Below, one piece after another: positions 56,731-64,000 of a DNA stretch of 64,000 nt; the stretch's first letter is position 1, and each line of letters starts with the position of its first letter. The stretch lies in IMG/VR virus record IMGVR_UViG_3300021387_001585, positions 32,001 through 96,000 of that record; one strand, written 5' to 3'. A model generated the notes under the pieces. It worked only from the letters and a program-made list of their open reading frames with translations, did no database searches and had not been told where the DNA came from. Both the position numbers and the translations under genes were made by a program. Source of the stretch: a virus. Its lineage: Duplodnaviria; Caudoviricetes.

Positions 56731-57135
56731 TCAGTCCTCCTTCTCGTCCATCTGTTTAATAAAATCCTTATGCTTTCTCAACGCTTCTCTGTAAGCATAA
56801 TATGACACAGCCTTTGGATCCTGTTTGCAGCGCCAAAGTTCCTTGCACAACCGGGTGTATTCCTTCAGTTCGTCGGCAGTCATGTCGCAATAGATAAGTC
56901 CCAATTCCTCGTCATACGGATTGACAACACCTATCTCGTTCATGTGCTCGAATACTTGATAGTATGGAGCGTCCTTGAGGCAGTAAAGTTCTCTGCCGTT
57001 GAACCAGTCTTTACTTTCCCATCCCAACGATGTGAGTAGCGTTTTAATTTCGTTGTAATTCATTTTTCTCCTATTATAATTCGTTGATGATAAATTGATG
57101 ATATTCGTCCATCGCCTTGCGGAGATGAGAAGCAT
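56731..57135 (-). CDS. hypothetical protein (true start probably MNYNEIK at 57063)
   Basis: ORF track. Confidence 0.6.
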   Translation of the reverse strand: MLLISARRWTNIINLSSTNYNRRKMNYNEIKTLLTSLGWESKDWFNGRELYCLKDAPYYQVFEHMNEIGVVNPYDEELGLIYCDMTADELKEYTRLCKELWRCKQDPKAVSYYAYREALRKHKDFIKQMDEKED

Positions 57136-57325
57136 CTGTTGTCAAGTACTGCGCTGCACGATACATCGCATCGGCCAGCTTCTTCAGTTTCTGTAGTTTC
57201 TGCTCTCGCCTTAGTTCCTTGATGATTTCCTCCACATCGCGCAGGTCAAGATATTGATGGTCTTCCATGGTGAGTGCTCCACTCACTTTCTGATGTTCGA
57301 TAAATTCTTCAATGCTCATTGTCAT
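57074..57325 (-). CDS. hypothetical protein
   Basis: ORF track. Confidence 0.6.
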   Translation of the reverse strand: MTMSIEEFIEHQKVSGALTMEDHQYLDLRDVEEIIKELRREQKLQKLKKLADAMYRAAQYLTTDASHLRKAMDEYHQFIINEL

Positions 57326-57381
57326 AGGTCATTCCTCTTTTCTTAGTTTATGTCCATTCGCTTTCCAGTCGGGCCTCTTAT

Positions 57382-57588
57382 TTAGAGGGTGCCGGGCGCT
57401 TGATAAGCGGCGGCATGGACCCTCTTAATAAAAGGCTTCGGGGTGTTGTAGTGGACGACGGCGGCTGTCATCTCTGCCACCTCCGTGATCACCAGCATCA
57501 GCCAGTGTTCATCGGTCAGTTCCTGGTCGTGGAACCCATGCTTGCATGCCGTATCGTAGGCGCGTTTAGTATATTCGTTATAGTCCAT
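57382..57588 (-). pseudogene. truncated MazG-like NTP pyrophosphohydrolase
   Basis: AYDTACKHGFHD...WLMLVITEVAE is the first half of the MazG fold; the second ELAD motif is missing. Confidence 0.45.
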
Positions 57589-57592
57589 CTTC

Positions 57593-57880
57593 TTACAATG
57601 TTATGGTTTTTGTTCGTTGATATTCGTTTCTCAGTGCCGATGTATTGTAGCCGAAAGCACCGAGCGAGTCGATGTATGCGAGTGCTTCTCCCTCCGTCAT
57701 GTTGGAGAGGTCTTTGGCTTGTATTCTCGGCACGCCTTTTATCGGTTCGTGCCTTCTGACGTTTTCTCCCCGCGCCATCCTTACGGCTTTTAGCGCATCC
57801 TTCATTGACACTAACTCCACTACTCCTTGCGGAATTGGGAGCGTTATCTGCTTGCTTGCCAAATATTCTTCTGGTGTCAT
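57593..57880 (-). CDS. hypothetical protein
   Basis: ORF track. Confidence 0.6.
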   Translation of the reverse strand: MTPEEYLASKQITLPIPQGVVELVSMKDALKAVRMARGENVRRHEPIKGVPRIQAKDLSNMTEGEALAYIDSLGAFGYNTSALRNEYQRTKTITL

Positions 57881-58053
57881 CGTTGCGTCGTTTATTTGGC
57901 TATCTCATAGCTGTCAAGACCTCCGTAGTGGTTCACGGTGTAAGCCGTTAATTCTCCACTATTGCTGTCTCTAACAACCATACTCATTGCAATAATTTCG
58001 CTGTCATTGTTCTCCAAGTCGATAATCTTTATCAGGTCGTCTATCTCCATCGG

Positions 58054-58494
58054 TCAGTCCTCCCATGGTTTCGTCCCGTCAAGCGTCGTGCGTCTGCCCA
58101 ACACCTCGACAAGATATTTCTTGCCTTTCTCCGCACCCCATTCCTCGCGACCCTCTCGGTACTCGATGCCTTTCAGCTCAAACGTCATGCGGCGCGACTC
58201 GTCGTCCTTCTTCGGGTAGCCGAGGGAAAATTGGACGTGGGTGTAGTGTCTCGCATATATATCAAAGGTTACGGGACACGGCAAATCAGTATAATAGCAA
58301 TACCTCCTGCCGAGATGATGCGTCGGAGTCAGAGAGTCTCTTTCCCAAGATGCAGGACAAGGGCATGGTTGAATGCGTTGACACCAATACAGCCCAGGTT
58401 CTCGGTATTCTTCAGGCTTCTCGCCAGACTCTATCATTCTGTACCACTTCGCCTTTAGTGGCTGGTGGAGAATTTTTATTGGTTTCTGATTCAT
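58054..58494 (-). CDS. ASCH/PUA-like protein
   Basis: LKAKWYRMIESGEKPEEYRE...YW..RI...V.FSLGY...EEWGA. Confidence 0.75.
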   Translation of the reverse strand: MNQKPIKILHQPLKAKWYRMIESGEKPEEYREPGLYWCQRIQPCPCPASWERDSLTPTHHLGRRYCYYTDLPCPVTFDIYARHYTHVQFSLGYPKKDDESRRMTFELKGIEYREGREEWGAEKGKKYLVEVLGRRTTLDGTKPWED

Positions 58495-58498
58495 ACGC

Positions 58499-58900
58499 TT
58501 ATTCTCCCTCTTTTATTCCTGGCAGCCTCTCCAGTTCTTCCAGTTCGAGATAATAGTTGGGGCCGCCGATGCAGCTTGACGTGAAGTAGTGGCCCTTGGA
58601 GGAACGAATCAGATAGATGTCATGGTCACTGTTGCCAGCGACTCCGTTTTCCATACGCTTCCATCTGACCGGTGTCTCATTCTTGCAACTGGCTTCCTCC
58701 TCCATGTCGTTGATATTGTCAACGGCAATGGCCACTTCCACCCAACATTGGCTAAATGCCTCCTGCTTGTACTTCAGTGCCTCGCACTCCATTCTAAACT
58801 TGTGCTCGTTCATATATGCAACCTGCCGAGCGCACTCCTCTGTGAAGTTCTTCATTTTTTTGACGAGGTCATCCAAGATAGCTTTTTCATTCTTCGTCAT
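58499..58900 (-). CDS. hypothetical protein
   Basis: ORF track. Confidence 0.65.
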   Translation of the reverse strand: MTKNEKAILDDLVKKMKNFTEECARQVAYMNEHKFRMECEALKYKQEAFSQCWVEVAIAVDNINDMEEEASCKNETPVRWKRMENGVAGNSDHDIYLIRSSKGHYFTSSCIGGPNYYLELEELERLPGIKEGE

Positions 58901-59111
58901 GTGCTTATTCTCCTTTCTCTCTCATTCTTTAAGTTATTTGTTAATATTTACAGGTGCGATGGTATCGCACCATACGGAACGGTTACTGCTTCGAAATATT
59001 CTTACGCTTGTCAATACAGATCAGTGGCACGTTGAAGATGACGGCGAGATAGATCAGACCGCCCAGCCAGTGCCAGAAGTTGCTGAAGAAAAACTCACAG
59101 TATTCCATAAT

Positions 59112-59303
59112 TCAGTCCTCCTTGCGTTTACGATTACCACAAAGCAGCTGCTCCATCTGCTCTTGCGTGACCTCGCAGATGACTTTGATGCCTGCAGGTT
59201 TTTTCTTTACCTTGTATTCGAAAGTAAATGACACCTGGCGTAGCATCTCTGTTATGCCCAGGATGACTTTCTCTCTTTGTTCTTCTTGCTCTTTTTGTGT
59301 CAT
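59112..59303 (-). CDS. small hypothetical protein
   Basis: ORF track; first gene of the minus-strand block. Confidence 0.6.
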   Translation of the reverse strand: MTQKEQEEQREKVILGITEMLRQVSFTFEYKVKKKPAGIKVICEVTQEQMEQLLCGNRKRKED

Positions 59304-59627
59304 AGGTTTTTAAGTTTAGTGTATAAACAAAGTGACCGCAACTACGCGCTGTCGAGTCCTCTGTGCTGGCTGACTCCGGGTTCCTTTCGCTCCCCGACGC
59401 GGTTGCGGTCACAATTATGGCATTCTATTGTAGCTGGCATAAAAAACGCCGCTGGCAATGCGGCATCTTCATCCGCACAGAGGTTTGACGCTGCAAAGAT
59501 ACAATAAAATTATGAAAGAGTGCAATAAAATTATGATTTTTTGAACAAAAAATTTTTTCTGCCCATGGTTCGCCTGCCCTTGCTTTTTTTTGTCGCAAAG
59601 CGTATCTTGCAGGCAAAAAGATACGGA

Positions 59628-60203
59628 ATGTTCAACTGGTTGAAAAAGATATTTCGACGCGACTCATCCCATCAGAAAGACGGGGTGGGGGAGCGGCTGC
59701 ACATAGAGGGAACGCACACCCAGCTCACGCCCGAGCCGGACGACGCGGAGGTGGCAGCCCAGGCGTTGCTGGAGAGCCTGTGCGCGGAGCGCGGTTCAAA
59801 GCGCTTCGCGCGGTTCAAAGCGCTTCGCGCGTTCAAGGGGTTCAAGGGGGGCGTTGCGACGGGGTCGCAACAGACGCGACAGGCTCAGGACGGGACGGCG
59901 GAGTACTACCGCGAGCTGGCTGAGCGGGTGAAGGAAGCGCATGAGATGGAGGCACGGCTGACCGTGCGGCGCCTCGCCTACTGTGAGCAGGAGCTGCGGA
60001 ACCCCTTGCTGAACGCCAAGCAGTTGGCAGAACTGGAGCGCGGACTGTACCGACATCTGGATGCCGTAGACCGCGAGGGAGGGGAGTTGAAGAGACGCTG
60101 GCAGCACGTACTGTCAGAGGTGGTGGTGAGAAGCCCCACCCTGGCCCTCCCCAGCAGGGAGGGTAAAACCCCACCCCAGCCCTCCCCCGTAGGGAGGGAG
60201 TGA
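59628..60203 (+). CDS. hypothetical protein
   Basis: Start MFNWLKK; contains repeat insertions. Confidence 0.6.
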   Translation: MFNWLKKIFRRDSSHQKDGVGERLHIEGTHTQLTPEPDDAEVAAQALLESLCAERGSKRFARFKALRAFKGFKGGVATGSQQTRQAQDGTAEYYRELAERVKEAHEMEARLTVRRLAYCEQELRNPLLNAKQLAELERGLYRHLDAVDREGGELKRRWQHVLSEVVVRSPTLALPSREGKTPPQPSPVGRE

Positions 60204-60280
60204 TAAGGGGAAGATTTTATTTAGCTGCGACGGTGTCGCAGTAAACAACAACACAAGGACTGAAGAGACAGAAAAAAATC

Positions 60281-60844
60281 ATGGCATTGCTATCTGAAGT
60301 ACAAGAACGCTCATGGGCAACCGATAAATACGGCGACGGCGTGTTGCGCTGGAAGTTTGACTGGCGAGACACCCGCATCATGAACTGGATCAACAAGTTT
60401 ACAGAAATTACCGGCGAGAATACCCTTGCCGACGTAGACCGTCAGAAAGCCGTTCGTTCGGGGCGCCTGCGCCGGTCGCTGGCATGGAAGACATGGGAGG
60501 CCAGTGGTGGCGATGCTCAGGTGTTCGAGGCCCGCTACATCTACTATGCGAAGTTCGTGGAACTGGCCGTCGGCAAGGGCGAACCCTACGACAGTCCTGT
60601 GCCTGAGATTCCCCATCCGCGATGGGAGCCTATCAAGGTGGCTACACGAAAGCGTAAGGGTAAGCCACACGTGGTGACGGAGATGCGCACCCAGGCCAGC
60701 AAGTTCACGTCTTTTGCACGTGCGCAATTCTCATTTACAGGCACCATCTATATGCTCTACGCCATGGGCGGCAAGGACAACCCATCTGTGGCAGCTGCCT
60801 ACAACCGCGCCTTGCAGTGGGCCCTTGAAACGCCAAAAGACTAA
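60281..60844 (+). CDS. putative tail-completion/neck protein (HK97 gp10-like)
   Basis: RSGRLRRSL...YYAKFVELAVGKG; lies upstream of the tape-measure-like gene. Confidence 0.55.
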   Translation: MALLSEVQERSWATDKYGDGVLRWKFDWRDTRIMNWINKFTEITGENTLADVDRQKAVRSGRLRRSLAWKTWEASGGDAQVFEARYIYYAKFVELAVGKGEPYDSPVPEIPHPRWEPIKVATRKRKGKPHVVTEMRTQASKFTSFARAQFSFTGTIYMLYAMGGKDNPSVAAAYNRALQWALETPKD

Positions 60845-60919
60845 GGAGCCACACCCTCCTCAGTAAGGAGGGAATTGACATTAAAAATTTCACGACAATA
60901 AAAACACAATCATCCCATT

Positions 60920-63900
60920 ATGGCAAACAGATACGACATAGTACGCATAGATTTCCAGGCAAGCGCCCGAGGTGCCAACGCAGCCATTGAGTCACTTCGC
61001 CAGGAGGCAGAGAAGAGCAATGCCGAGCTCACCAAGATTCGTGGCAACATTGACAATGCGCTGAAAGCCGGGGCCCCTGACGAAGTGATTGCAGGCATGA
61101 GAGCCGAGGCAAAGGCAGAGGAACGTCGCTACAAACAGTTGACGCAGGCACAGAACGAACTCATCAAGGGTATGCGCGTGCTCGACCAAGGCGTGAAGAT
61201 GTTCAACGACGGGTCGCTTTCGCAGATGAACGCAGCCTTCCAGAAGGCCGTTAATAGCGCGGCCAAACTGGCACAAAGCAAGATGGATGCCGGTACTCAG
61301 TCGTGGCGTGAGATGGGTGCCATCATGCAAGAGACGGAGCAGAACTATGCCCGTATGCAGCGCGACACCGAGCAGCTGATACAGGTCATCCAGAATGGCG
61401 GCACCGTATTCCGCTCCACTCTGGAAGCGGAGAAGAAAGGTATTCAGGAACTGATGGGACTTGTACCGTATATGGGCAGCGAGTATCAGAAGTTGGAAGG
61501 GCAGTTGCAAGTCGTAACCACCAAGCTCGACCAGATGGCCACAGCCGAGCGCCAGATGAAGGGTGAGATTGTCACCGCCAACGACGCCCGTCGCGTAGCA
61601 TACCAGTTGACGGAGGAAGGTGCTGCTGCCGCCAAGCGCGAGGCAGAAGCCGCCGAGCAGACCATTGCTGCCAGCAAGGAACGAATCAGTGTTTTGGAGC
61701 AGGAGCGAAAGACTCGCGAAGACGCTGCCCGCGCAACAGCCGAGACCGTTGCCAAGCGCAACGAAGACCTTGCCATGCAGCGTGATGTCATTGAAAGTAT
61801 CGAGAAGGAAATTGGGAAGGAAGACCGCAAGAGCAAGAAGAAGCGCGAGGCCGCAGACGCAGCAAAGGCCACTGCCGAAGAATCGGTTAAAGCCGTAGAG
61901 ACGGAGAAGGCTGCACTTGAAGGTTTGCAGACTACCACGAAGGCTGCCGAGGATGAGGTGAAGCGACTGGAGGGGGAACTGAGCAAGTTGGGCACACAGA
62001 AAGTTCAGCCAAAGGTGGAAGCGGACACCAGCGAAGCCAAGAAAGAATTATCAAAGTTACAACAACAACTTCAGCGTATTCAGGGGTTAAAGGCGGAAGC
62101 ACAGTCTAAACTTGACACCATCAAGACTTCTGTCGGTGAGTTAAAAAATCCAGTCAACCACGACGATGTCAAAAAAGCGCTTGAAGAAGACCGAGCGGCC
62201 CAACAAGAGACGATTGCGAAACTTGATGCCAAGTGGGATGAATACTGGAAGAAGCAAGAGGCTAATGCCAAGAAGTTCGCAGAGGTTTTGAAGAAGTCGG
62301 TTGACGATATAGACTACAAGGATTTCTACGAACATGTGTCAGGACCTAATTCGGAGCTTGCTAAATCGTGGTACAGAACACAACGCCGCGAATCATACGG
62401 AATAGACTATTGGGGTAACGATTCCGAAAACTATAGAGAACTTACCCTTTTGCGTGCAGGGAAGCGTGTTGGTAATTTAACTGCCGAAACACAGGAAGAA
62501 TTGAAAGTCCTCGAAGGGTTGAAACGTAAATACGAGGAATACGAAAAAGCGAAGAATAAAGCTCGTGAAGCCACGCCCAAATACGATTCAGCTTACGAAA
62601 AAATCGACAAGGCTCTCAACGAGCGTCTTCAGGAAGAAGCGAAATTAGAAGTATATTACGAGGAGGAAATCAAACTAAAAGAACAGATAGCCGCAAAGGA
62701 GAAAGAAATCACCGAGGCAAGGAAACAGTCAACCCAACCTATCCAACAGCAGGATGCAGAAATCAAGAATCTTACCAACGACATCAAGAATCTCGACGGT
62801 ATGATTAGCGAGCTGAAGAAACAGCGCGATGCCCTGAATACCTCGCAGCAGAAAAGTACTGCCGGCATGGAGGGCGAAGCAAAGTCTGCACAGGATCTTG
62901 TCAAGGAGATGAAGCGGCTGAATGACGAGATAGATAAGCAGAAAGGGAAACTGCTGAAACCGGAAAAGGAATACCAGAAATCCCTTCAGTTGGCCACTGC
63001 CGCCAAGAAACCAGAAGACCGTGACCGCCTGATAGCCGAAGCCGAGCAGAAGTTGAACGAGAAGACCGCAACGACGAAGGCGAAGATTCAAGAACTTGAA
63101 AGACAACTCGACAAGGCGAGGGAAGCCTACAAGGCCCTCACCAAGGAAGAAGGCGCTGCTACCGATGCCGCCGATGACGAGACGGCTGCCGTGCAGAAGC
63201 TCATCCAAGCCCGCGACAAGCTGGTGGCATTGAATGAGAAATCGACATTCCACGAGAGTGTCAGCGGCGAGCGCACCATTACTAACCCGCGCGAGGCAGA
63301 AAACTTCCTGTTGCAGCAAATGGCCAAGTTTGATAGTGGTCGTGTGGGTAAAACGCAGGCCTCAGTTTCAAAAACAAATTTTGAAGCCTTGCGCAAAGCC
63401 TTCGGTGAGCGCTATGGCATGGAGAAGGCGGAAGCTGAGAAGTGGTTAAAAGAGTTAGCAAAGCCTCACGGCGGTATTTTTACTAAGGGAGGGCAGGCTG
63501 GAGACGGCTCATATTTTTTCAATATCGACCCTGCGCAGCGTGTCACTTACAACAAGGAAAAATTACAGGCTTCAAAAGAACTTGGCAGAACCTCTATCAT
63601 CACCGACCCCACCGAAGCGGAGAAAGCCTATCAAGCCGCGTTGAAGCAAGTCGGTGCTACTGAGCAGCAGGCAGCGGCCATGGGCAAGCTGTCTGGAGAA
63701 ACCCAGAAGCAGGCACAAGCCACCAAGGAACAGACACAGGCTACACAGAAGCAGAACGAGGCAGATAAGGACAAGGCCGCTTTGGATGCAACGATTGCCG
63801 ACTTGGAATCGCGGAAGCAGCAGGCACAGGAGAAACTTACACAGTTGCAGCAGCAAAGTGCCAAAGCCGCAGCCGAACAAGCCGAGGCCGACAAGAAGGA

Positions 63901-64000
63901 AACGGAGTTGAAGCAGCAGCTTGCCGGAGCGCAGCAGAAATTAACCGAGGCACAGAAGGCCGAAGAGGAGCAGCAGAAGAAAATAGCTGATGTCACCGAC
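60920..64000 (+). CDS. tape-measure-like coiled-coil protein (runs off the window end)
   Basis: Not in the ORF track because no stop falls in the window. MANRYDIVRIDFQASARGANAAIESLRQEAEK..., A/E/K/Q-rich, over 1000 codons. Confidence 0.7.
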   Translation, partial: MANRYDIVRIDFQASARGANAAIESLRQEAEKSNAELTKIRGNIDNALKAGAPDEVIAGMRAEAKAEERRYKQLTQAQNELIKGMRVLDQGVKMFNDGSLSQMNAAFQKAVNSAAKLAQSKMDAGTQSWREMGAIMQETEQNYARMQRDTEQLIQVIQNGGTVFRSTLEAEKKGIQELMGLVPYMGSEYQKLEGQLQVVTTKLDQMATAERQMKGEIVTANDARRVAYQLTEEGAAAAKREAEAAEQTIAASKERISVLEQERKTREDAARATAETVAKRNEDLAMQRDVIESIEKEIGKEDRKSKKKREAADAAKATAEESVKAVETEKAALEGLQTTTKAAEDEVKRLEGELSKLGTQKVQPKVEADTSEAKKELSKLQQQLQRIQGLKAEAQSKLDTIKTSVGELKNPVNHDDVKKALEEDRAAQQETIAKLDAKWDEYWKKQEANAKKFAEVLKKSVDDIDYKDFYEHVSGPNSELAKSWYRTQRRESYGIDYWGNDSENYRELTLLRAGKRVGNLTAETQEELKVLEGLKRKYEEYEKAKNKAREATPKYDSAYEKIDKALNERLQEEAKLEVYYEEEIKLKEQIAAKEKEITEARKQSTQPIQQQDAEIKNLTNDIKNLDGMISELKKQRDALNTSQQKSTAGMEGEAKSAQDLVKEMKRLNDEIDKQKGKLLKPEKEYQKSLQLATAAKKPEDRDRLIAEAEQKLNEKTATTKAKIQELERQLDKAREAYKALTKEEGAATDAADDETAAVQKLIQARDKLVALNEKSTFHESVSGERTITNPREAENFLLQQMAKFDSGRVGKTQASVSKTNFEALRKAFGERYGMEKAEAEKWLKELAKPHGGIFTKGGQAGDGSYFFNIDPAQRVTYNKEKLQASKELGRTSIITDPTEAEKAYQAALKQVGATEQQAAAMGKLSGETQKQAQATKEQTQATQKQNEADKDKAALDATIADLESRKQQAQEKLTQLQQQSAKAAAEQAEADKKETELKQQLAGAQQKLTEAQKAEEEQQKKIADVTD

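Noticed and set aside
1-64000. Stop-codon reassignment, as in some Prevotella or crAss-like phages
   Set aside because: Long genes are intact in the standard code, TAG ends several genes at sensible positions, and no suppressor tRNA was seen.

Overview
64 kb of a large Bacteroidales (probably Prevotella-like) phage, most likely a phage-plasmid. Host assignment rests on many TAnnTTTG -7 promoter motifs. Bases 1-33.8 kb are almost all minus-strand early/accessory genes: a CHC2-primase-like gene, HTH regulators, a 1638-aa DarB-like methylase-helicase, a sliding-clamp-like protein, a stand-alone MutS-domain-I protein, an HU-like protein and many small hypotheticals. Bases 35.5-41.7 kb hold a plasmid-type replicon: a DnaA_N-ATPase fusion, a Rep-like initiator, an iteron array, an exonuclease-BRCT protein, and ParA plus a small partner flanked by 8-nt-periodic centromere-like repeats. 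From 41.8 kb onward are plus-strand late genes (DNA methylase, GH108 lysin, terminase, portal, tail and a tape-measure-like gene running off the end), interrupted by a minus-strand accessory block at 50.9-59.3 kb. The standout feature is a reverse transcriptase (19442-21034, YSDD) followed downstream by ten ~150-185-nt non-coding units in two blocks of five, around a 359-aa gene. The units differ in sequence but share one covarying fold: a small hairpin whose loop forms a pseudoknot, a closing helix, and a long variable hairpin. This looks like a multiplexed retron-like system making many different DNA hairpins. Also present are five non-canonical tRNA-like elements and three families of dispersed repeats, some inserted in frame into genes. 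All product calls come from motifs read by eye; no database search was run.
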